From the NCBI GenBank assembly GCA_910587945.1, contig CAJUNI010000001.1, positions 10,283-74,282 on the forward strand: DNA of 64,000 nt, in the 5' to 3' direction. The position numbers and the translations under genes are program-made. Every line of letters begins with the position of its first letter. Position 1 is the stretch's first letter. Under the pieces are notes generated by a model. The model saw nothing but the letters and a program-made list of their open reading frames with translations, was not told where the DNA came from and ran no database searches. The DNA comes from an uncultured Parvibacter sp. (GTDB taxonomy: Bacteria > Actinomycetota > Coriobacteriia > Coriobacteriales > Eggerthellaceae). This document shows, one piece after another, positions 50,401 through 62,400 of this stretch.

Positions 50401-53400
50401 ACGCTGGATATGCAGTTCACGGCAACCTCGCCCTACGGCGTGGCTAACGTGGATGGTAATCCCGCGCAAATGACCGTAGGCAATCTGATCAACCCGACCT
50501 ACCACACAAGCAATATCACGGTGACGGTACAGCTCTTTGATGCCCAGAAGCTCAAGGGCTTCGAGCTGACCCAGACGCCCAAGATTGCTCAGACCAATAA
50601 GAAAGTCCTGCAGGCCAATGGTGCTGATGTCGACTTGCGCTATCCTCCCACCTTGGCTCCCAGCGTGAACCTCGAGGCGGGGCGTGCCACGGCTACCTCG
50701 GACGGTCTCAACGCTGATCCTGATCGTCGTCCTACCATCAAGATCGAATACTTCGACGCTCCGGGTACGGATCCGTTGGTGGGCACATGGAAGAGCGAGG
50801 CAGAAATCCGCGCTGACCACGGTGGCAATGTTCAGGCGGGCTACCTGGTGAACGTAAATCCGTTCCGCACGGTAACCCAAGTGCGCTGGACCTACTACGA
50901 TATCCCGGCCACACAAACTGATAGCGCAGGCAACCAAGTGCCCTATCGTCTGGAGGATGTGGCCTTGGTAGGCGTTGGCCGCTACCTGGACAACCGTAAT
51001 CAGAACTCTTCCTTCCATTACAGCGGCACCTATCAGGAGCAGTTGGAAGGCTGGACCAGTTCTGAGTTCGCCATGGATGTGGGCTATACCCACTATCACG
51101 AGGAACGCACCCAGGTTGATTTCTGCGGACTTCCCAACAACACCGATAAAACTTGGTTCCAGGTGGAGGAGCCGAAGGTCCATGATTTGGTCATGACCAA
51201 GCAAGATTCCGGTGCGACCCAGCGGTTCACCACCTATCGTCGTATGCCGGTTATTCGCTTCCAGACCCAATTCTTCCAGAGCAAGACCTTGGCTGAGCGT
51301 CCTTACAAGGCTAATGCTGAGCAGAAGATTGGCTACCTTCCCGGTGAGCGTCTGTGGATCAAGGACGCACTCTACAACGTACCGCGAGGCGCGAATTCAA
51401 ACCAAGGAACTTCTGCAATTGAAGGCGAAATCTATAACCCGGTCTTCTATGAGCGTATTCCGCTGAACTACCTGGTCGATGATGATGGCCATGAGATTGA
51501 TGCGGAGTATCTGTTCGAGCGCCTGAGCGCCGAAGGTGCGATCCGCTGGACCGATGCCCAAGGTCGTGACGTTTTGAAAGAACGTACTGTAGATCAGAAG
51601 GTGCATCTGCGGGTTACGAAAGTAGACGAAGCCGACGCTCCTGAGACCGCGCGGGACTACGGCGGAATGATGGTCTACCAGAACGCTAATCAGTCCATCA
51701 CCAACACCTCTTCTCGTACGTTCCAAGATCTGGTGCCGGCAACCTCAAGTCAGAACAGCCGCTTTGGCCTCTTCCGCATTGAATGGGTTCCCGATGAGGA
51801 CCTGACGGGTGGCGTGCCCATGGTGCCCGCCGGTCGTGACCCGTTGGCGCCGGCGGACAAGACGGCTCCGGGTAATGCCTGTGTCGAGGTGGGCGACACC
51901 ATCGAGCTCATCTTTGATGTAACCGCTGCTCTAGACGGCCTGCCTCAGGTCTATACCAACGTGGGTGCCAATACCGGTGCCAAGGCTGGCACGGTGGGTC
52001 TTGAGCCCTGGTCGTTCCCGCGCATTGGCGAGTATTTCCATCAGTGGTCGGCGGGGGATCGCTGGGGTTACAGCGGGTCTAACCCCTTAGCCAGCAACTT
52101 CAGCTACTCCTCCATTAGTCGCGGCATTGTGAAGATGGAAAACCAGAGCAAGCTTATGGACCTGGATTTCCTCCATCACGAAGCAGCCTTCACGGCCGAC
52201 AAGCCGGGTTCCGTGGACTTGTGGGAGATGTTTGACGGTTCCTACACCTACATTCCTGGTACCGATGAGAAGACGGAGAGCTACGTCATCATCGGGTACA
52301 AGAACAACAAGGGAGAGATGCAAGACACCCAAGACTCGACCCATACGATTCCGGTCTATGGGTGGAAGTCGAAGAACGCCAAGGGAACCGATGGTTCGGG
52401 TGGCACCTACTTCCTTGACGAGGATGCCTCCACCGGCAATTACGTTCAGACTGCTCGCTACACGCCGCGGCCGGCTGTCAATGGCACCGTGGCCTCGGTG
52501 GCGTCGCGCCTGCCTTCCGAAGCCTGGCTTGTGTCTCCCAACAACGAGTCCGCTAATCGCGCTCAAGACACGCGCTATCTCCGGGATTACTGGTCCTTCG
52601 TCACCAAGCTGCGCACCACCGGTCCGCGCGGAACGGCAGAAGGGGCCGAAACCGAGTGGGGTTCCAAGACGCCCTTGGTTTGGAGTGAAACCCATCTGCA
52701 CCTGCAAAAGGCGTGGATCGCAACTACCAGCGAGTTTGTAGCGGGAGCTACGGGCTCGGTAGACGAAACGGCTGATTGGGAATCCCAGCGTCAGTATGCG
52801 CTCTGGGACGCCCATGAGAGTTGGCCGGAATCTTCGAGCATGGTTTCCGACTGGAAGGGCTTGTTCTACGGTCAATACACTACCGCCCTCCAATACCATC
52901 AGAGCTATACCGCGAAGCTCCAGGCTCTCAACTATGGCGACCGCACCCTGGACGGCGTGGAGTTCACCTATGTCATGCCCTATGGTGCCGAACCTGAGTT
53001 TGAAGCCGACAGCGCGGGCAACCTCGTACCTAAGGTATCTGCAGAGGTGCTGGCTAATAGCACGGGTATGACAAATCTTTCCACCGATCCGAAGGTCAAC
53101 GAAACCTATAGCGCTATTGACTCGTCCTTGGTAGAGGTAGAAATTCTTCAGACGCCCTATTCGGCCTATGCGGGCTATGACGCGCCGAGTGCGTCCCAGA
53201 ACCCGGCTGATTATCGCGATGGCCTCATCCAGAAGAGTGGCGTGGTAGATGTCTCTGCCGATCGCGATCGTTCCACCTATGAGCCCAAGAACGCTACGGG
53301 GAATTTAGCTACCGGTGGAGCTCCGGTGGTCGATACCGCTGCCATGACAACCCAAGCCTATGTGGAAAGCTCGCAACCCTGGGTTTTGAAGATCACGGTG

Positions 53401-56400
53401 AAGCAGCCCTTGGGCAAGTGGTTTGGCCGCAACAGCGACGGCACAGCAGTGGGCGAAGATAAGAATGTCGTCGACCCGGATGCCTATAGCGGAAACGCCG
53501 GCTACAAGATCAACGTGTCCGTGGCTTCCCGTATCTTTGCCAACCCGGCTAATGACGAGGGCGAATGGTATGACCGCGTCATGCTTTCTCCCTGGGATAA
53601 GGAAGAGGCTACCGGCAGCGATGTGGCCAAGGGCGAGCGCCCCAGCCGTTCAAGCGCCTACTTCGCAGTCTATGACCTTGATCACTACGAAGGCATCAGC
53701 GCTCAAGCCGATACCAACAAAAACGATGGCGATCTGAATAACCTCCAGATGGGTGGTATGGATTGGCGCGTTGTCTTGAGCCGCAACCTGGCTGACGATA
53801 CCTCTTGGGGTTCCTACAACATGCCCAGCGTTAATGGCCGTACCGTGTTGAACAACGCGATTTTGGTACGCACTCCTGTGGCCGATGAAGACGAGGATGA
53901 TCCGCTGGCAGCCGCCTCGGTGCAAGGAGGTCGCGCCTACAACCCCGTGACCATTACGCCGCAACCGACTCAGCCCAAACCTTCGACGGGTACCGAGGAA
54001 CCGGTGGATCCGGAAGAGCCGGGAACGACGCCGGAAGAGCCGGGCGTTGATCCGACCGACCCCACCGAACCGGAAGAGCCCGGGGATGAAGAAGCCTTCG
54101 ATCCGACCCACGTGGTTTGGTGGATGGCTTATAAGAACGAAGAGGCTGCTTCTTCGCCGAAGCTCTATGCGCAAACCGGTACGAAGGCAATCCAGCGCAA
54201 GCCCCTCATTCGTGTGTGGAACACCATTGGCGAAGATGGCGTGGGTGCTGATTCCACGGCCTATCACGTTCAGGACGAAGGCGATGTACGCCAGCTGAAT
54301 ATTCACGTAGAGAACCGCTATTGGTGGAACGATACTGCGGTCAATTCCGTCAAGCGTAACAGCTCGTCGGACACGCAGCTCAACGAACGTCGCAGCCATA
54401 CCTATGCCGTAGATGGTGGCCAGATGGGCTCGCTCATGCAGCCTATCGTGACCATTGTGCTTCCCGAGTCCTTGGCGCCGGTGGATTCCAGCACCCATCG
54501 TCCCTATGCTCGCGTTATCGATTGGGAGCAGACCTTTAAGTCTGCTGACTGGGATGTGGTTTGTGCCTATGACGCCACTGCCGATTCCAAGGCAAAAGTG
54601 GGACCCTCGGCCAACCTGTCCAAGGAAGAGGCCGCCAAACTCTTTGATGCAACGGTGACCTATGAGAAGGTGGAAGACCCCACGGCCTTAGATGGCGCTA
54701 CCGATGAATACCGGTTTGTGATTCGTTTCACGGCCAAGCATGAGATCAATGGCGATCCGACGCTTGAACATGCGTTGCGCTCTAAGGGCACTGACGTTTT
54801 CAAGTTTGACATCATCACTGTGGGCGACTCGAAGCTCAGCGAAGAAGACCAGAAGCACAGCGAAGTGCTGCGCTCCATGGAAAACATTCGCACCTATGTC
54901 TCAAGCCAACTGGAGAATTCGCAATTCTTAACGGACGAAGATATTGCGGGCAACCCCTATACCGTGGGCAGCCCCTATCAGCGGCGCTTCCCCGGTGATA
55001 CCTCCGACAAGCGTCTGGATTCTCGCCAAATCAAACTGGCAACGAAAGCCACGGTGCTGACACCGGTGTCTTCGGCCTACAACTACTTCAATGGTCCCCA
55101 TGCAATTCCTAATTTCTGGGATTCTACGGACTATACCTTTATGACTCAGACGGAAATTGATCGTCTGACGGCACCCTATGCCAAGATCGATCCGAATACT
55201 CCCAATAGTAATTACCCGAACGGCCGGCCCATCGGCGGTAAGGTCTTTACCTACACTTGCGATGAGGGTGCAGACATTTGCTTGGCTTGCACGAACTACG
55301 CCAATGAGCAGGCAGCGGCCGCAGCTGGCCAGTGGACGCTCGGCACGGCACGACCCTGCGAATGCGTCCATCGCAATCAAACGGACTGGGGTAACTTCGG
55401 CTGGGATTACAACAAGAACACGTTTAAGAACCCAGGCCAAGTGGTCTATAAGAACTACAAGACGAAGTCTGACGGTAGCGTTGGAGATCTTCGTGATGCC
55501 TTCAACAATCCCAATAAGAACAACTACTACCTGACTTGCAAGCCGGGTGCGGGTGGTTGCGCGGGCGATGACTGCGGTTGGACTATCAATTGGTTTGCGG
55601 GCTCCTGGGGTGATCGTTACCGCTGGGTCGGATGCCCCACCCATACGCGGACCCATCGCGAGACTATCCGCATTGATGAGTTCAGTACCTATGGTGTACT
55701 GCCGGCCGATCCCATTAATGACGGTGTGAAGCAGCGCGATCCGAAGTCAGTGACTCAAGAAGGCACCGAGGCTGCAAAGACCAACAAGCTGGTGCGTTTC
55801 GCTGGTCGCTACTATGAGGATCAGGACGCCTCCTCGGCTCTGGAGCCGGCTCGCCTGCATGTAGAAGACTACTGGTTCCGCGCTAACCACAGCCTCTCGG
55901 CTGAGTCCACTGCTCGCTTGAACGGCAATGAGGGCACGCTCTCGGCTAAGACCTTCATGAATCGCCGCACCGGCAAAATCGCCTCCACACGGGACAGCGG
56001 TGTGATGGCGGGCCTGAAGCTGCGCCGCTGGTCTTCGCCGCAGCTCGACATCCTCTATGAGGTAGAGCACGAGAGTGGTTATGGCGCCACCGGAGACACT
56101 ACAGGTGCTGGCGCCATCGAGGGCCAGACGCTGCAACGCTCTGGCGCCTTGGGTGAAAGCGCTCAGGATTCCTGGCAATATGGCGAGTCCCTCTGGTATG
56201 CCGCTAAGCTCACCAACGTGAAGGGCGAGGACCAGTTCGATGGTTCGCCTATCTTCCATGGCAAGTATGTCTTTGCCTTTGATCTGCCGAAGGAGACTAC
56301 CTACTTCACCAACCAGGCGGCCATGACCTTTACGGATACCCCCGATGGTCTGGCTGCTATCAAGCAAGTGCTCGCCCAAGGGGTGGACTACGATGACGAC

Positions 56401-59400
56401 AACCCACCCTTCGTAGTGGAATGGGGTCATACCGATCGCCACACTGGCGCCTATCGGGTGGATCATCTCACACCGAAGCAGCTCATTGAGCAAGGCTGGA
56501 CGGTGAACATTACGACCCAGCCCGACTACGGCACGAACACCACCGATAATCCGGAGTTCGGCAAGCCTGACAGTGATGATCCTACGGATCTCATTAACGA
56601 CGCCGATCCGGTCTTTGGCGTCAGCAAAGAAAAAGAACGGGATAACGAAAAGGTCGTCTTTGAGATTGCGATGCCTGACGACGCCTCTGACGAGGAATTC
56701 AACCGCTTCGACACCATGCTCGAGGCCTATTGGGGAGGCATCCATCCGACTGGCTATATGGGTGTGGGGGACACGCTGACCGTGAAGGTGCGGGCACGCA
56801 TTGATAACCTTCCCAGCGAAAGCTATGTGAAGACCCGCTTCCCCGATAGCCTGACCTACAAGGAAAAGATCAACCGGATCAACACCTGGCGGGGCGAGAC
56901 CTCGACGGTTCATATCACACTCCATGATTCCCAGCTTTTGTGGTTGGACAACAACTACAACGGTCGGGGCTGGCGTCACAGCTTCGCCAATGGTTCGACG
57001 GGGGCAAAGTCGGCTCAGCTCTATCAAGAGGCGCCGGCTCCAAACCCGGATCCCTATACCATCCATCCTTACAACTTTGCGTTGCTGGATACGTCGCGCT
57101 ATCGCATGGATGCCGCCGACAAGGATGCCGATCATGAGGATCGTTATAACAACACCACCGGAGCCTTTGAGCCAGCGGTTGACTATGACAACGACGGCGA
57201 TTTAACCGACGAATACCTCACGGCCACCACCGGTACCTTTAAGATTTGGTGCCCAAGCTCCTCGGTTCGTGGCGATACCTACGCTCTGCGCTCCCTGGTG
57301 GTTGACCAAGACTTTGAGGTGAGCTTGGCCAACGACGCCTTCTGGCAAGCAGACAACAAGTTCTATATCACCCAAGCGGTGAACACTGGCGGTGCGGTCA
57401 ACAGCTTCATCATGGATTGGCAGTTGCCCTACTATGCAACCCAGAATTCTTCCATCTACGATGCTCAGTATCAGACCACCTTGTCTCCCATCTGGCGCAT
57501 TCGCAAGCAAAATGTGAAGACCATTCATCCGGGTGTCTGGGAAGTAACCGGAGCGGAATACAACGAGGATGGCACACCGGCCAATGAGTTGGCGGAGCAG
57601 GCAGAAGCCTTACGGCTCTATGTCTGGGCACGCGTGGGTTCTACGGACATCACGAAGTCGAACTCGGTGTACTTCGAGCAAAACGGTGCCATGAACAACA
57701 CCTATGAGAACTACGCAATGCCCGGTACCGATGCTGACCGAGACTACTTCTATGGCGAGGACGACTTCGCGGTAAATGGGGCAGGGCAGTTTATCTATGG
57801 TCCCGATGGGAACCGGGTAAGCGACGACTTCAATACGGCCGACGCCGAAAATAAGACAACCAATGTGCGCAATCCCAATAGTCCCTGGGTGTTGCTCGCG
57901 GTTTACAACGCTACGGATGAAACCAACAACGAGCGACCCATTGATGTGTCCTATCTCACCGGCGGCCAGCAAGACATTCGGCAAATTCGTTGGGTCGTGA
58001 AAGCTGTTGATACCGATGCCGTTCATGCCACCTCAGGAAAGGGCTTGAGCAATAGCACCGCTGATAAGGCGTTAGGACAAAGCCTTGATACCTATAAGAC
58101 CTACGAGAAGGGCGTGCCCCACGGATTGCGTCTGAAGGTAGACGCCATGCCCGATGACTTGAGCTCCGATGCGTTGAAGGCAGCCACGGAAGGACCCCAA
58201 GAGGCAGACGAACTTGATCCCGATCGCCTGAACGTGGGTTGGGAGGCCACTAAGAATCTGGAAGGGGATGACTTCCTCTATTCATCCCATGGGAAGCTAC
58301 TGCTGAACAAGGGCGTTCCCATGCCCAGTTCCATTACCGACAACGCTGCTGCGGTGCAGTGCCAAATTGATGTGGACACCCGTAAGGCCATCAACGACAC
58401 CTCATCTCCCAGCAATCCCGACGACGATGATGATGGGTTCCAAGGTGGCGAATCGTCTGAGACACCGTCGGTTCACCTGAATCACTTTGTTTCCAGCGTG
58501 CTGCGCTACGACGATACGAAATATGTAGAAGTAGAGCGCCAGCGCGTTGGCTTCTATCGTATTCATGAGAAGCCGGCGTTGATGCTGACCATGGAGCAGG
58601 CCTACTACAACGGCAGCGCCAACAAGGGCTATAAGTGGGAAACCGGCACGCCGTCTTTGAATTTGTCGAATTCAAAGATGATGCGCTACAAGATCACGCT
58701 TACGAACCTCGATGAAGACATGTTGAATACTTTGGGACTGATCAACCTTCAGCTCGATACCTGTACCAACCCTGACCTGTCCATTCTCTTCCCGGTCCTC
58801 GAGCAGTTTGGCGCTGCGGCGGCGTTGAATAATCAGACGCTGACCTACGTGCCCTACCGGGATACGCTCGGAGTGGACAGCGACGGCAATCCCACCTGTA
58901 AGTTGAACTTGGGTTACAAGAGTGACCCGGTGCTGGTGGAGGTCGAAAAGACCATTCCGGGTACTGACATCACCTACACCACCTGGGAAGTTGACCCGGA
59001 TCACCCGGCCGTTTCTATGGACGGTAGCACGCCGCTGTGGACCTATCACATTGAAAACCAGACGCCGGCATTTACCACCGCGAAGAAGACCAAACAGGTG
59101 ACTACCGAGCTGCCCGATGGTACAACGCAAACAGAAACGGTGCTTACGGATGAGGATGATATCTATGACATGGATCCCACCGATCCTACCAACGTTCATC
59201 CGCTGACCCTGACCGACCCGCAGATTCGGGCGGAAACCGACCCGGATTATCCCGGCAGCATGATTGCCAAAGATAAGATGCGCGACATCTTCTCTCAGGC
59301 CGATGCAAAGTACATGAGCTGGCACTTCACCGGTCGTCAGCTTGAGGATGGCTCCTATGACAGCGCGTCTCTCAACCCGGGCCAGGCCATTGTGATTGAG

Positions 59401-62400
59401 ATCATGATGCCCATTGATCCGACGGCGGGACCGCACATGCCCACCGATCAGCTCAAGCCCAGCGGCTATGCCTATAAGGAAGGTAACTACGAGCCCTATA
59501 TTCCGGTGAGCCAAGAGGTCATGAGTACCAACTACATCTTGGATACCCGTGACTGGAACTTGGATGATGACACCAACGAAATGCTTATGCAGGTAGAGCT
59601 GCCGGCTATCGGCTTTGCTACCGTTGATGTCCATACTCAGGCAAAGATGTCTACCTCTCAGCTGGGTACTGACTACACCAAGACCATTCAAGGACCGGTG
59701 GGCGTACCCGAAGGTGGCAACTACTCCTATCGGGCCCAAGCCATTAACCGTGGCATGAGTCCAACCATGTCGCCGAACTACACCCATGGCATCCTCTTTG
59801 ACGTCTTGCCCTATGAGGATGACGTCCATGTGGTCAACAGCGAAGGCAACCAGCCGACCACCCGTCGCTCTACCTGGAACGGTTGGGTAGATGACCTGGA
59901 TTCCATCACGCTGACCATGAACGATCCGACGGGTGAGCAGGGCGGATCTCGGGTATTGGGTACCGCCGAAGCTCAGTTGTGGGTTGGCCCCTACTCCTAT
60001 AACCAGGCCGCTGATGTTATGACGCCGCTCACAGAAGAGGCGCTTCCGCAGGTGTGGTCACGGGCTACCGACATGAACAAGATCGGCTTCATGAACGATC
60101 GTCACGTAAACATTAATGCCGATGCAGAAGCTAATTTGCGAGCGAGCAATTTTGTGAAGTTGGAAGAGCTCAAGGAATACTGCGAGAAGCACCCGGCTGA
60201 GGCCGAGAACTTGCGCAAGGCATTGCGTGGGGTTTGGGCTGAGATTGTGGACAATCCGCTCTATCTGCCCAAGGTGGGCAACTTCGAGCTGTCTTACGAA
60301 ATGCATGCCCCACTTAACCTGCCGAAGTATCTGGGTACTACCAATGGTCAAGCCAGCATTGATATGTCTGAGGTTCAAAACCCCGGCCGCGCTCAGCGTC
60401 TGGCGGCGGTAACTCAGTGGAACTCTATGGCTCAGCGTATTAACCAAAAGGGCGGTGCTGCGGCAGACAAGACGGCGTTCCTCTTTGAGGATCCTGAGGC
60501 CGGTGCCTACATTGATGCCCCCGATACGCGCGGCTATGTGGGTGACTACATCTGGATTGATGCAAACTGGAACGAGCTCCAGGACGACACCAATGCAGAC
60601 GTTACTGGTACCACGGTGGATGATCTGGGTCGCACCACTACCTATCACCGGGGCGATAATGGCCGCTTCCTCTTGTCTACCGATAAGACCTTCGATGCTG
60701 AAGGCAACTGGCTGGGCAACTTCGTTAACGAGCAGGGCGAAACGGTCCAGACTGCCGATGCCCTCATCGATCTTGATTACGATGGGGAAGTGGAAGACCC
60801 CGGTGTAAACGGCGTTACCGTTGAACTGCTGAACCAGTATGGCCAACCGGTGAACCGCGAAGGCCAAGTGGCCAAGTGGGAGCAGCATCCCGACTCCGGC
60901 GTGTGGCGTTGGGTACTCTATGACGCCTATGGCCAAAACCGCGTCCTCACCGAAACTGGTGGTGGCTGGGTAGCTGCTTCGGGCGAAGGTCCGGTTACCT
61001 ACACCTCAGAGTCTGACTACTACGGCAACAAGGGCTACTGGATTCTGTCCAACATTAACCCCAACGCCGTCAATGAAATGGGCGAAAAGGTTGAGTACAA
61101 ACTTCGCTATACCTTCCCCTATGAGTATGCAAACTATGCACTGACTACCAAACTCATCGGCCCTGACAAAGACAATAAACTCATCATTGAGCGCATCGAG
61201 GATGATCCCGATACGCCAGAAAACGAGGCACGTCTGGTGCTGACCACTGAAGACACCATTGAATTGGTGGAAGTGGCCTACGAAGAAGACGAGTTCAAGA
61301 ATATGGCCAATGAGGACATCTTCATGAACCCGGATCCCACTCATCGTAAGCAGGACGCTCGGTCAACCAGCTACGACGTAGGTATTGCGCGTCCGGTTAC
61401 CTACCAAGGTACCGTGTTCCGCGATGACATGCTCGAGTCAACTCAGCCGAACTTCGCCTATGCTGACGGGCTTGAGCTGGATTATGACTACATCGATGGC
61501 TACTTGGATCACCAGCAAAACTACAACGATACCAGCGCGGCCATTGAGACCTTCCGCGAGCAGCGAGTGGCTTCTATGAATGTGTCGGTCCATCGCTACA
61601 GCCCTGTTACCAAGACGGTGGATCCGGTGCCGGCCTTAGATGTGGATGGCAACCCGGCGGTTTATAAGACCGAGACTGATGGTGCGTTTACTTTTGTAAT
61701 GCAGCCCGGCTACCACTATGTGGTTCGTTGCGATGACCAGGTGCCGACGCGCTTCCTGAAGCCGACCCCCTATCTGTTTGTTCAAGATCCGCTGGCTGAG
61801 CCCAATGCGACGCAACCGCTCCACGACAACGACGTGCGCATTTCGAGCCTTGATGGGCTGACCTATTACGAAACCCATTCCTTCTTGGCAAAAGTCCCGC
61901 TGGATGAAGCAAACCATGCTATTTATGAGCAGGATGAAGAGTGGCGTGGTTATCGCTATTACCACCAGATCGACCTGGGCTTTGTCGATGGTGCCCGGGG
62001 CTTCTTGGGCAATAAGGTATGGGACGATAGCGACTACAATGGTGTTCAGGTGGAAGCCAGCGACCAAGGGGTTGAGGGCATTCGCGTAACGGCTGAGCAG
62101 TACTGGTGGAATCCCAATGCCAATGGCCAAGGCCAAGGCGGCTGGCAGTTAGTGGAGAAGGACTTCTTCACCCAAACCACCAACCGGGCTGGCGTCTATG
62201 TATTCAAGGGTCTGCCGACCTATGTCTATGACCCGCTGGATACTACTGAAAACAAACCTGACGATCTGAAGCAGCGCTACCTAGCGGGCTATCGCTTACG
62301 CATTGATAACGATACGTTGGCTGACCAGGACGAAACCTGGAGCTTCACGCTGCGCAATAACGCCTATACCCATACTGGTGCGGTGGACGATGAACTTGAC

